Source: Anaerolineae bacterium (lineage in GTDB: Bacteria > Chloroflexota > Anaerolineae > 4572-78 > NAK82). From it: 64,000 bases of DNA. The stretch spans positions 178 through 64,177 of the forward strand of contig DAOUMD010000016.1 in the NCBI GenBank assembly GCA_034412795.1. The letters run 5' to 3'. Positions 18,986 through 28,262 of the stretch are shown piece by piece. The notes beneath the pieces were generated by a model, which was not told the origin of the DNA, made no database searches, and saw only the letters and a list, made by a program, of their open reading frames with translations. How positions within the stretch are numbered: position 1 is the stretch's first letter; the number at the start of each line of letters is the position of its first letter. The position numbers and the translations under genes were made by a program.

Positions 18986-19777
18986 ATGTCAAGCTTGTTG
19001 AAAGAAGAACGCCAGCAACTGATTCTAGGTGCTGTCAAGGATAAGCGACAGGCCACCGTCGCCGAGCTAAGCCGTCGCTTCGATGTCAGCGAGGTCACCA
19101 TCCGGCGTGACTTGCGCGAGTTGGCTTCGTTAGGGGCGCTGCGTCGTGCGCACGGTGGGGCGGTCGTAGCTGACTCTGTGCTGCCTGAGCCGCCCGTTGT
19201 GCAGCGTATGGGGCGGGCGGAGAATTGTAAGGCGTGCATCGGCCGTGCGGCGGCTGCCCTGGTGTCGGATGGGGACTCGGTTTTCATCGGTTCCGGTTCC
19301 ACAACCGCTCACGTCGCCCGCCATTTGGTTGCTCGAAAAGACCTGACGGTAGTTACCAACGCCCTTACCGTTGCCACCGAATTTGCCTCCGTCGAGGGAG
19401 TGACAGTTGTTGTTACCGGCGGAATGATGCGTCCCTCAGAGCTCTCGCTGGTGGGGCACATCACCGAACAGTCCTTGCGCGAGGTGCGGGTGGACAAAGT
19501 GATTCTGGGGATGCGTGCCATCGACCTTGAGGCGGGAATGACCAATGATTACCTGCCTGAGGTGATGACCGATCGCACGATCATTGAGATGGCCCCGGAG
19601 CTAATCGTGGTGACCGACCACACCAAGTTCGGCAAGATCGCCTCTGCCTATGTTGCCCCCGTGGAACGCGTCACTACCCTGGTGACCAACTCAGACACCG
19701 ATCCCGAGACGCTGACTCGCCTACGCGAGTTAGGGATACGCGTCATCATAGCCGATACCGACCGCAATGGTACCTAG
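18986..19777 (+). CDS. DeoR family transcriptional regulator
   Basis: HTH ATVAELSRRFDVSEVTIRRDLRELA plus a DeoR C-terminal sensor domain; sigma70-like promoter 50 nt upstream. Confidence 0.85.
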   Translation: MSSLLKEERQQLILGAVKDKRQATVAELSRRFDVSEVTIRRDLRELASLGALRRAHGGAVVADSVLPEPPVVQRMGRAENCKACIGRAAAALVSDGDSVFIGSGSTTAHVARHLVARKDLTVVTNALTVATEFASVEGVTVVVTGGMMRPSELSLVGHITEQSLREVRVDKVILGMRAIDLEAGMTNDYLPEVMTDRTIIEMAPELIVVTDHTKFGKIASAYVAPVERVTTLVTNSDTDPETLTRLRELGIRVIIADTDRNGT

Positions 19778-19942
19778 CTAGATGCCTATGTCTCAGTGTT
19801 TCAGTATCAATCTTTGTTCAACAAGGTTATAGCAGGAAGAAAGGAGGCTGCTCACTGACAAATCTGAGAATTGAACTCTTGTGTAGGTCACCTATCAATC
19901 CCTTTGGAAGAATTATGTGAAAACGTGAGGAGGGTTTCACAG

Positions 19943-21403
19943 ATGAAACGCGAAGAAGAGTTTCTGGTACGCAATGCTTTGCTGGCTGAATTAAGGCGTG
20001 GCCGCATTAACCGCCGCCAGTTCTTGACGCAGATGTTGGCAATTGGTATGGGCCTGGGGGGCGTGAGTGCCCTGGCCGCTTGTGCGCCCCCTGCGCCGAC
20101 AGCAGCGCCAGCCACGGAGGCACCGGCAGCCGAAGAGGCGCCGGCCGAAGAAGAGGCCCCCGCAGCCGAGGGGCGTCTCTTGACTCCCACCTTCTATCAG
20201 TGGATCGTCGACCTGCACCCGGCCATCGATCAGGTTAATAGCGCCTACCCGGGAGGGGTTAATTTCCAGATCGCGCCCGTAGAAGGCTTTAACGTGGCCC
20301 GCTTCGTGGCCGAAGCCAAGGACGGGATGAGCACCTGGGATGTTTACGTCGGCATGACGCCCTTTGTGGAGATGGCCGGGCTTATCGAAGCCGGGGTCAT
20401 CGAGCCATGGGACAATTACATCCCCAAAGACGTTATCGACGACATATCGCCCGCCATCCGCGAAGAGTGTTCAGTGGACGGTAAGCTGTACTCGTGGCCC
20501 TTCCTGCTGGACGTCATTGTCCAGGCCTACAATGCGAATATCACCGACAAGGCGGGGCTCCCCGACGTACCACCTCCTGACTGGGAGACGTTCTTGGCCA
20601 ATTCACAAGCCGTTGTCGATTCCGGGGCCGCGCTGTACGGTTGCACCTTCGACGCGCATGGCTGGCGCTCGCTGTGCCCCATCACCCACTCCATCAACAC
20701 CGATACCTACTACATGTTAGAAGGTGACCCGAGTGGCGTGCCGTTGTATGACTTCACCAGCGAACCGGCCATTGAGGCGCTGAAGATCATGAAGCAGATG
20801 CTCGATCTGTCTGCGGCCAATGCCCTGCAGCCGGGCACCACCGACGGCGGGGTGAACCAGACACCGGACGAGGTGGCCTTCGCTGCCCAACGCGTCGCCT
20901 ACTATGTCAAGTACCAGAACGCCCCGTTGCGCATGGCAGAAAATTGGGACAATCCTGCGGGGTTCCGCATGGGCGCGCTGCCCTCGGGTGGCGAGGGAGC
21001 GACTGTCTTCTGGACGACCGGCGCCTGCTTGTTCAAGAATGGCCAGAACAAGGAAAAGGCCGCCGAGTACATGCAGGCGTTGACCTACGAACCCCAAATC
21101 TGGCAGGACTCCATCGCTGGCAGTCCGTCCGGTAAGCCGGGCCAGTTGCCGCCTTATACCTCCATATACGACGAGTGGGCACAAAACCCGCCCGATTGGT
21201 TGCAAGCGGAGCCGTGGGTCCAGCTTGTGACCGGGTCGATGGCGGTCGCCAAAGCTATCCCCAACCACGCCTTTGGCCTGCAGCAGTTCATCATCGGACA
21301 GCCGGAGTGGGAGAAATACCTCAAGGGTGAAGTAGACGACCCGATGGTTGCCATGCAGGCGGCCAAAGACGCCGTCGTGGCCGAAATCGAGAAGGTAGGC
21401 TGA
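19943..21403 (+). CDS. ABC transporter substrate-binding lipoprotein (TAT-type signal)
   Basis: RRGRINRRQFL...ALAAC signal/lipobox and a long A/P/E linker; RBS GAGGAGG before ATG 19943. Confidence 0.8.
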   Translation: MKREEEFLVRNALLAELRRGRINRRQFLTQMLAIGMGLGGVSALAACAPPAPTAAPATEAPAAEEAPAEEEAPAAEGRLLTPTFYQWIVDLHPAIDQVNSAYPGGVNFQIAPVEGFNVARFVAEAKDGMSTWDVYVGMTPFVEMAGLIEAGVIEPWDNYIPKDVIDDISPAIREECSVDGKLYSWPFLLDVIVQAYNANITDKAGLPDVPPPDWETFLANSQAVVDSGAALYGCTFDAHGWRSLCPITHSINTDTYYMLEGDPSGVPLYDFTSEPAIEALKIMKQMLDLSAANALQPGTTDGGVNQTPDEVAFAAQRVAYYVKYQNAPLRMAENWDNPAGFRMGALPSGGEGATVFWTTGACLFKNGQNKEKAAEYMQALTYEPQIWQDSIAGSPSGKPGQLPPYTSIYDEWAQNPPDWLQAEPWVQLVTGSMAVAKAIPNHAFGLQQFIIGQPEWEKYLKGEVDDPMVAMQAAKDAVVAEIEKVG

Positions 21404-21487
21404 TTGAGATATGTGAGAAGAAGTGTCGGGGAGGAGCAAACGGGTTTCTTCCCCCGCTAGATTGAATTCACGTGTGTGCCGGGGTGA

Positions 21488-21520
21488 TGCCCCCCAGGCA
21501 TCACCCCGGCCTATAAAAGC
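21488..21520 (+). other. intercistronic perfect 14-bp stem-loop after the SBP gene
   Basis: GCCGGGGTGATGCC-CCCCA-GGCATCACCCCGGC with no T-run. Confidence 0.6.
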
Positions 21521-21591
21521 ATAGGCACAGAAAATAGCGTTTTGCCTTCTGTTCCCAATGCCGTTCGAAGTCACTTGTTGAGAGGAGGAAT

Positions 21592-22536
21592 ATGGAGAGC
21601 AGTACTTCTAGTGTGACGGCTGCCAGTTCCAGACGCCGACTTTTGCGCGGTTTGAGGCACGGCTCGAACTGGGTGTACCTTGTTCCCGCGCTCTTTTTCT
21701 TTCTCGCGTACATGTTATACCCGCTTCTGCAGGTTACCTATATCAGCTTCACCGACTATCATTATCTGCGCGACGACCCAGTCAATTTCACCGGGCTGAA
21801 GAATTTTGTGGATGCCGTGGCGGACCCGATCGTCCGCACGGGGTTGTTACGCGCTGCGACGTTTACTGTCCTCTTCTTGCCGGGCGTGATCTTCATCCCG
21901 CTCTTCTTGGCGGTTTTGGTGGACCGGGTGACGAGTCCACGGCTGTCAACCCTGTATCGGATTATTCTGCTAATTCCTGCCGTGATCCCCGGCCCCATGA
22001 TCTTTGTCCTATGGCGTTGGATGTACGACTTTGAGATTGGACCGATCAACTCCATCCTGGTTAGCCATCTGCACTTGTTTACCCCCCGTAACGCGCCGCA
22101 GTGGATAGGCGATACCCCTCTTGCGTTGCCTGGTGTCGCCATCATGTCGTGGTGGTGGGGACTGGGATATCACACCATGTTCTTCCTGGCCGGCCTGGCT
22201 TCCATTCCCAGGGAAATGTTTGAGGCAGCGCGTGTTGACGGCGCCAACGAATGGCAGATGTTCTGGCGGGTGACCGTGCCGCGTCTGCGGCCTATGTTCC
22301 TGATTCTGGTCGTCCTGCGTTTTGGCACGGCTATGGCGGTGATTGACGAGTTCTTGATCATGGGCGGCTTCAACCGGGCGCTACCGACCTACACATGGAC
22401 GGTCTATATGTGGCACCTGGCCTTTGGCCTGGGGGATTGGTTCCAGGGCTATGCGGCTGCCATTGGCTGGATCGGCGCCGCAGCCATGCTGGTCGTCGTG
22501 GCAGTACTCTTCTATCTATTCCGGGATCGAGATTAG
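21592..22536 (+). CDS. sugar ABC transporter permease
   Basis: 6-TM permease, EAA loop FEAARVDGANEW. Confidence 0.85.
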   Translation: MESSTSSVTAASSRRRLLRGLRHGSNWVYLVPALFFFLAYMLYPLLQVTYISFTDYHYLRDDPVNFTGLKNFVDAVADPIVRTGLLRAATFTVLFLPGVIFIPLFLAVLVDRVTSPRLSTLYRIILLIPAVIPGPMIFVLWRWMYDFEIGPINSILVSHLHLFTPRNAPQWIGDTPLALPGVAIMSWWWGLGYHTMFFLAGLASIPREMFEAARVDGANEWQMFWRVTVPRLRPMFLILVVLRFGTAMAVIDEFLIMGGFNRALPTYTWTVYMWHLAFGLGDWFQGYAAAIGWIGAAAMLVVVAVLFYLFRDRD

Positions 22537-22547
22537 GAGGTTGAGCA

Positions 22548-23444
22548 ATGGAAGCGACCCAGTCTGTCGAAACCGTCCACTCACGCGAAGCAGCCCCCAG
22601 TTCGCGACACCGCAAACGGGTCAATCTGTCCAGGATTCTCCTGCACGCCACTATCATTTTCTTCTGCCTGATTGTGGTGCTGCCCGTCGCCTGGGTGATA
22701 CTCATGTCGATCAAGTCCATTCCCGACGCCTATACCGGGGATTTGTGGCCCAAGCAGTTCGACTTCACTCATTACCGCTACGTATTTGAGAAGATGCCGA
22801 ATGTGCTGCAAAACTTTGCCAACAGCATCATTGTTACCTTCTTCACGGTGGTTATCACCTGCACCTGCGCGGTACTGGCTGGATATGCGCTGGTCCATCT
22901 CAGGCTGCCAGGAAAGGTGGTCGTCCTAAGCCTTCTGGTCAGCACCCTCTTCTTTCCCACGCGTCTCGTCTCGCTCATTGGTATCTTTCAGATTCAGAAT
23001 AAGGTTGGGCTTATCAACACACGGGTCGGTCTCATCCTGCCCTACGTGACACTGAATCTGGCCCTCAGCATCCTCATTATGAAGGGTGTTTTTGAGACAA
23101 TCTCGCACGAGATTGTGGAAGCCGCCAAAATCGATGGCGCCAGCTCGTGGCGTACCTTGTGGCAAATTATGATACCGCTGGCCATCAATGGCGTGGTGGT
23201 GCTGATCATCGTCAACTTCGTGACGGCCTGGGGCGAGTACCTGCTGGCCTATACGCTGACCAATGATCAATCGGTGCGCACATTACCAGTGGTGCTGGCG
23301 ACCACCTTCGGCGGCTTCGGTGAGTGGGCCTGGCCGCGCCTGGCGGCGATCTACATCATGGCCATCGCGCCCGGTCTCCTCGGCTTTGCGATTGCCCAGC
23401 AGTGGTATATGAAGGGGCTGTCCGAGGGTGCATTGAAGTTCTAA
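22548..23444 (+). CDS. sugar ABC transporter permease (MalG-like), copy 1
   Basis: EAA loop VEAAKIDGASSW; strong RBS AGGAGG. Confidence 0.85.
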   Translation: MEATQSVETVHSREAAPSSRHRKRVNLSRILLHATIIFFCLIVVLPVAWVILMSIKSIPDAYTGDLWPKQFDFTHYRYVFEKMPNVLQNFANSIIVTFFTVVITCTCAVLAGYALVHLRLPGKVVVLSLLVSTLFFPTRLVSLIGIFQIQNKVGLINTRVGLILPYVTLNLALSILIMKGVFETISHEIVEAAKIDGASSWRTLWQIMIPLAINGVVVLIIVNFVTAWGEYLLAYTLTNDQSVRTLPVVLATTFGGFGEWAWPRLAAIYIMAIAPGLLGFAIAQQWYMKGLSEGALKF

Positions 23445-23561
23445 GTAAAGCGATGCGCAAATTTTCAGGCATAGTCACCTGACACCTTGATTGAGTGTCC
23501 ATGCTCTTTGATCACAAATGACACGAATATACGAATTTCACAAATTTTTATGTTAGAATAG

Positions 23562-23772
23562 GGCATGGTTCAGAATCCTGGAAAGTTAGATTGACACTTT
23601 TTGAAAGACCGAAAATTTTTTACGGCGCATCGAGTCGCAAAGCAGCCACTTTCGGCCTGAAATTCATCCAAATCCTGTGAGTTTCTGGTCATTTTGCCAT
23701 CGGTTGGCCAAGCCGCGCTTGAGAAAAGTGTCAAGCATAATTTCGAAGTGTTAAGCTAACTTGAGCCATGCC
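23562..23772. mobile_element. MITE-A2 (211 bp; same terminal motif as MITE-A) with 8-bp TSD
   Basis: Termini are GGCATGGTTCA... and ...TGAGCCATGCC. The TSD TAGAATAG occurs at 23554-23561 and 23773-23780. Internal arms share GTTAG and TTGACACTTTT in inverted orientation. Confidence 0.7.
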
Positions 23773-23958
23773 TAGAATAGATGAGAAGAAATTCGTGGCA
23801 TTTGTCCATTCGTGTTATTCGTGTTTCAAAACTGCCTGGTAGCCAGTTTTCAGGCCAAAATTCCGAGTGAAATCTTTCAAAATGTACGAATTGGCTTCGG
23901 GAATGCTGTGCGAAGTGCATTGCACCTGATGGCTGAGTAGTGATATTTCGAGCGAAAT

Positions 23959-24855
23959 ATGGAATCGACCCAGTCAATCGAAACCATCCACTCACGCGGA
24001 GTGGCCCCCAGTTCCCCTCGCCGCGAGCGGCTCAAGCTCTCCAGGATTCTCTTGCACGCCACTATCATCTTCTTTTGTTTGATTGTGGTGTTGCCTGTTG
24101 CCTGGGTGATACTTATGTCAGTCAAGTCGATTCCGGATACCTATACCGGGCAACTCTGGCCCAAGCAGTTCGACTTTACCCATTACGGCTACGTGTTTGA
24201 CAAAATGCCGAACGTGTTGCAGAACTTTGCCAATAGCATCATTGTCACTTTCGCCACAGTGGTCATCACTTGTACAAGCGCGGTGCTGGCCGGCTATGCA
24301 CTGGTCCATCTCAGACTGCCGGGACACGTACTCCTCGTAAGTGTCCTGGTCGGCACCCTGTTCTTCCCAACACGCATCGTCTCGCTTATCGGCATCTTCA
24401 AAGTTCAGAGTTCACTCCATCTCACCAACACGCTGGTTGGTATAATCCTGCCCTACGTGACACTAAATCTGGCCCTCAGCATCCTCGTCATGAAGGGGGT
24501 CTTTGAAACAATCTCGCACGAGATTGTGGATGCCGCCAAAATCGATGGCGCCAGCTCCTGGCGCACTCTGTGGAACGTTATGTTGCCTCTGGCCGTCAAC
24601 GGTATCGTGGTGTTGATCATCGTCAACTTCGTGACGGCCTGGGGCGAGTACCTGCTGGCTTACACGCTGACCAACGATCAATCCGTCCGTACCCTGCCGG
24701 TAGTGCTCGCCACTGTCACCGGTGGCTTTGGTGAATGGGCCTGGCCGCGTATCGCGGCGGTCTACGTTATGGCTATCCTGCCCGGCATCCTCGGTTTTGC
24801 CATTGCGCAGCAATGGTATATGAAGGGCTTGTCCGAAGGGGCTTTGAAGTTCTAG
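23959..24855 (+). CDS. sugar ABC transporter permease (MalG-like), tandem paralogue copy 2
   Basis: Same length (298 aa) as 22548-23444, with 47 differences counted by eye (~84% identity). No obvious SD upstream. Confidence 0.8.
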   Translation: MESTQSIETIHSRGVAPSSPRRERLKLSRILLHATIIFFCLIVVLPVAWVILMSVKSIPDTYTGQLWPKQFDFTHYGYVFDKMPNVLQNFANSIIVTFATVVITCTSAVLAGYALVHLRLPGHVLLVSVLVGTLFFPTRIVSLIGIFKVQSSLHLTNTLVGIILPYVTLNLALSILVMKGVFETISHEIVDAAKIDGASSWRTLWNVMLPLAVNGIVVLIIVNFVTAWGEYLLAYTLTNDQSVRTLPVVLATVTGGFGEWAWPRIAAVYVMAILPGILGFAIAQQWYMKGLSEGALKF

Positions 24856-24896
24856 GCTGTGAGCCATCGTTATGCTATTCCAAATAGGGTAACAAT

Positions 24897-25898
24897 ATGG
24901 TTGCCACAATTCGAGTTGGCATAGCCGGAGCCGGTCTTATCGGGGCTGTCCACGCCCGTGCCTATCAACAAATTCCTGGCGTGGAATTAGTTGGTGTGGC
25001 CGATCCTGTTCGCGAAAGGGCGGGGGCTGTGGCCAGGGAGGCCGGTTGCCAGCCCTTCCACGATTATGCCGCGCTGCTGGAGACCGATATCGACATCCTC
25101 AGCGTGTGTCTCCCATCTGTTCTACACTTGCCGGCAGCCGAGGCGGCTGCTCAAGCCGGGACACATGTGATGATGGAGAAACCCATCGCCCGCACCGTAG
25201 AGGAAGCCGACCGCATGCTTTCTGCCTGTCAGGGGGCTGGTGTCTATTTGATGGTGGGTTTCACCCATCGCTTTTATCCCGAGATGCGCGAGGCCAAGCG
25301 GCTCATTAAGGATGGTACAATTGGCAGGCCCCTGACCGTGCACGACTCAATGTCCATCGACCGCCGTTTCATATCGCCCTGGTATCGAGATCGAGACGTT
25401 GCCGGCGGAGGCGTCTTTATGTGCAACGCCGTGCACGGCTTTGACAGGGCCAGTTGGGTTCTGAGCCAGAACATCAACGCCGTGGCTGCCCTGGTCGAGC
25501 CAACCGAGGACTCTCAAGGAGAAGATTATGGTTCGGTCCTGGCCCGGTTTGACGGCGGAGCACAAGGCACCTTCTTTCAGCACTGGGGCCCCGCTTCCAC
25601 GCTCCAATGTGAGATGCAGGTCTTTGGCGAAGAAGGGATGATTCACGTTCGATCTTGGGATTCCATTGAGGTATTGGTGGGTGACACACGGACCGTTCAC
25701 TATTGTTACAATCCCTACCAGGGTCACGCTGAGCGGATAATGGTCGGTATGCTTGCGGAATTGACCGAGATGGTTGAGGCTGTGCGTGAAGGGCGGCAAC
25801 CTGAACCATCTGGCCAGACAGGTCGAATGGCCCTGGCCCTGGTTGTGGCCGCTTATCAGTCGGCTGAGGCTGGTGCCTGGGTCGAGATTCTCGCCTAG
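24897..25898 (+). CDS. Gfo/Idh/MocA family oxidoreductase
   Basis: GIAGAGLIGAVHA and MMEKPIA motifs. Confidence 0.85.
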   Translation: MVATIRVGIAGAGLIGAVHARAYQQIPGVELVGVADPVRERAGAVAREAGCQPFHDYAALLETDIDILSVCLPSVLHLPAAEAAAQAGTHVMMEKPIARTVEEADRMLSACQGAGVYLMVGFTHRFYPEMREAKRLIKDGTIGRPLTVHDSMSIDRRFISPWYRDRDVAGGGVFMCNAVHGFDRASWVLSQNINAVAALVEPTEDSQGEDYGSVLARFDGGAQGTFFQHWGPASTLQCEMQVFGEEGMIHVRSWDSIEVLVGDTRTVHYCYNPYQGHAERIMVGMLAELTEMVEAVREGRQPEPSGQTGRMALALVVAAYQSAEAGAWVEILA

Positions 25899-26002
25899 GA
25901 CTGACGAAGGACGAAAGACGAAGGACCAATTACTGGCTCAGGTCTCTTCGTCGTTCGTCAGTCGTCCAGTTGAGAAAGTGTTACCCTATTTCTGAACCAT
26001 CC
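25899..26002 (+). mobile_element. MITE-A copy lacking the left terminal repeat
   Basis: Near-identical to the inner and right part of 63611-63752 (reverse complement); starts right after the stop codon of 24897-25898. Confidence 0.7.
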
Positions 26003-26003
26003 T

Positions 26004-26037
26004 CATTTGAGGAAGTTATTTAATTCTCGATCCTTAG
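26004..26037 (-). repeat. MITE-B fragment (first ~34 nt, inverted) abutting MITE-A
   Basis: CATTTGAGGAAGTTATTTAATTCTCGATCCTTAG is the reverse complement of the MITE-B 5' end, with a few mismatches. Confidence 0.5.
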
Positions 26038-26072
26038 TGGGTCGGTATTGATCACAGAAGGATATAATATCC

Positions 26073-27701
26073 GTGTATGATTTGCTGATTACAGGGGGGC
26101 GGGTACTTGATGGGACTGGAAGCCCCTGGTATTGGGCCGACGTTGCTGTGCAGGGTGACCGGATCGTCGAGATGGGGCGGCTGGCGGGTGCGGCGGCAAG
26201 CCGGACGATCAAGGCTGATGGCCGTGTTGTATGCCCCGGCTTCATTGACATCCACACCCATTCCGATTTGCAGCCGCTGGTCACCCCGCTCCAGGAGTGC
26301 AAGATTCACCAGGGAGTGACCACCGAAGTAGTCGGTCACGATGGCCTGGGCCTGGCTCCCGTCACGCCACACACAGCCGCTATCTTGCGCGAGCAATTGG
26401 CTGGCTTGAATGGCTGCCCTGACGTCGAGTGGGACTGGAACACGATTACGTGCTACCTGGATCGCTTTGACCATCGTGTGGCCGTTAACATCGCTATGCT
26501 GGTGCCTCACGGCACGCTTCGTTTGGCGGTGATGGGGATGGAAAATCGGACTCCAACCCCCGACGAAATGAGCCGGATGAAGCGTCTGGTCGACCAGGGG
26601 ATGCGTGAGGGGGCAGTCGGCCTATCTGCCGGGTTGACCTATGCGCCGGCAATGTACGCCACCGATGACGAGATGGTGGAACTCTGCAAGGTTTTGTCTC
26701 CTTATAATGGGTTTTACTGCCCCCATCATCGCAGCTATGGGGCGGCGGCCCTCGAAGCCTACCAGGATTCGATCGAAATTGGCCGCCGGGCTGGAATCCC
26801 CGTCCATTTGACCCATTGCCACCTGGGATACCCTGTCAATAGAGAACGGGCACCAGAACTGCTGGCGGAAATCGATCGGGCCCGCGCTCAAGGGGTTGAA
26901 GTGACCCTGGATGCCTATCCCTACCTGGCTGGGAGCACCTATCTCCACGCCTTCTTACCCGGCTGGATGCACGAGGGCGGTACGGACTCTACCATTGCCC
27001 GCTTGAGGTCACCCGACACTCATGACCGCCTGCGCCATGAAATGGAAGTCACTGGCTCTGACGGTTTCAGCGGGGTGCCGATGGGCTGGGAAATGGTCCA
27101 AATTAGTGGCATCATGGGGGATCACGACCCGTCGCTGGTTGGTATGTACTTGCCCGACGCTGCGACCAGGGCCGGGCAAACGCCTTACGACTTCTTTGTT
27201 GACTTGTTGATCCAGACGCGATTGAGTGTCTCTTGCCTGGTCCACATTGGCAACGAAGAGAACGTCCAGACTATTTTGCAGCACCCGGCCCACATGGTGG
27301 GCAGCGATGGTATCCTGATAGGTGAGCGCCCGCATCCCCGAGGCTGGGGCACTCACGCCAGGTTTCTGGCCCACTACGTACGTGATTTGGGCTTACTAAG
27401 CTGGGAAGAAGGCGTTCGCAGGATGACGTCGGCGTCGGCACGTCGGATTGGTTGTATGGATCGCGGTATTGTGCGGCCCGGCTTCAAGGCGGATATGGTG
27501 GTTTTTGACCCCCATACCTTGCGTGACACCGCCACCTATGAGAATCCCCGCCGATATCCAGAAGGCGTCTCATTTGTTGCTGTAAACGGGTCATTGGTCA
27601 TCGACGAGGGGAAACCAACCGGGGCCACACCGGGTCGGGTCTTGCGAGAGCCTTACGGGCGAAAACCAGAGCGCATCGAGGGCGACCTCGAAGGTTTCTG
27701 A
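26073..27701 (+). CDS. N-acyl-D-amino-acid deacylase (D-aminoacylase) family amidohydrolase
   Basis: 542 aa with the amidohydrolase metal motif GFIDIHTHSD and family-typical N-terminus (LLITGGRVLDGTG); GTG start. Confidence 0.8.
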   Translation: MYDLLITGGRVLDGTGSPWYWADVAVQGDRIVEMGRLAGAAASRTIKADGRVVCPGFIDIHTHSDLQPLVTPLQECKIHQGVTTEVVGHDGLGLAPVTPHTAAILREQLAGLNGCPDVEWDWNTITCYLDRFDHRVAVNIAMLVPHGTLRLAVMGMENRTPTPDEMSRMKRLVDQGMREGAVGLSAGLTYAPAMYATDDEMVELCKVLSPYNGFYCPHHRSYGAAALEAYQDSIEIGRRAGIPVHLTHCHLGYPVNRERAPELLAEIDRARAQGVEVTLDAYPYLAGSTYLHAFLPGWMHEGGTDSTIARLRSPDTHDRLRHEMEVTGSDGFSGVPMGWEMVQISGIMGDHDPSLVGMYLPDAATRAGQTPYDFFVDLLIQTRLSVSCLVHIGNEENVQTILQHPAHMVGSDGILIGERPHPRGWGTHARFLAHYVRDLGLLSWEEGVRRMTSASARRIGCMDRGIVRPGFKADMVVFDPHTLRDTATYENPRRYPEGVSFVAVNGSLVIDEGKPTGATPGRVLREPYGRKPERIEGDLEGF

Positions 27702-27826
27702 ATTCGCCTCTCCCAGAGCTCCGGGCTGGTCCGTGACCCATACGCATCAAGTCAATAATAGGGACCATCACATCTCGACTTGAACGACAATTGAGACACT
27801 GCTGACTACGTCATCCATTCGCTAGG

Positions 27827-27883
27827 CTCAGGACAGGTTTCGACCCCCGCAGAGGGGAGAAATCCCTGAGACGATGCTTTTTT
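27827..27883 (+). terminator. stem-loop plus T6 downstream of the D-aminoacylase gene
   Basis: CTCAGG-GGTTTC-CCCC...GGGG-GAAATC-CCTGAG, then 7 nt, then TTTTTT. Confidence 0.45.
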
Positions 27884-27944
27884 CTGAGCGGTCTTAGGAA
27901 AGCTGAAGCAGTACAATTATCCTGATGGCATCGGTCGGGTAACC

Positions 27945-28262
27945 GTGAAAAAGTACTACGTGTACATTATGAACAGTCCGACTGGAACGTTCTATACAGG
28001 CATGACCAGCAACCTGAAGCGTCGGGTCTATGAGCACAAACAGAAACTGAAGGAGGGGTTCACAAAGAAATACAATGTGACCCGCTTGGCCTATTATGAG
28101 GAGACGAGTGATGTCCAAACCGCGCTGGCCAGAGAGAAAGAAATCAAGAAGTGGCGGCGCAGTAAGAAAATTGCTCTGATTGGAGCAGAACATGACGTTG
28201 TCAAAGTAGCTAGAAGTACTGGAGCCAGCAATGGAACACAAGGTCCGCACTTTGATCGGTGA
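27945..28262 (+). CDS. GIY-YIG nuclease family protein (UPF0213-like)
   Basis: YYVYIM...GTFYTGMTSNLKRRVYEH motif; lower GC than its neighbours; 3' end overlaps the next gene by 32 nt. Confidence 0.75.
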   Translation: MKKYYVYIMNSPTGTFYTGMTSNLKRRVYEHKQKLKEGFTKKYNVTRLAYYEETSDVQTALAREKEIKKWRRSKKIALIGAEHDVVKVARSTGASNGTQGPHFDR

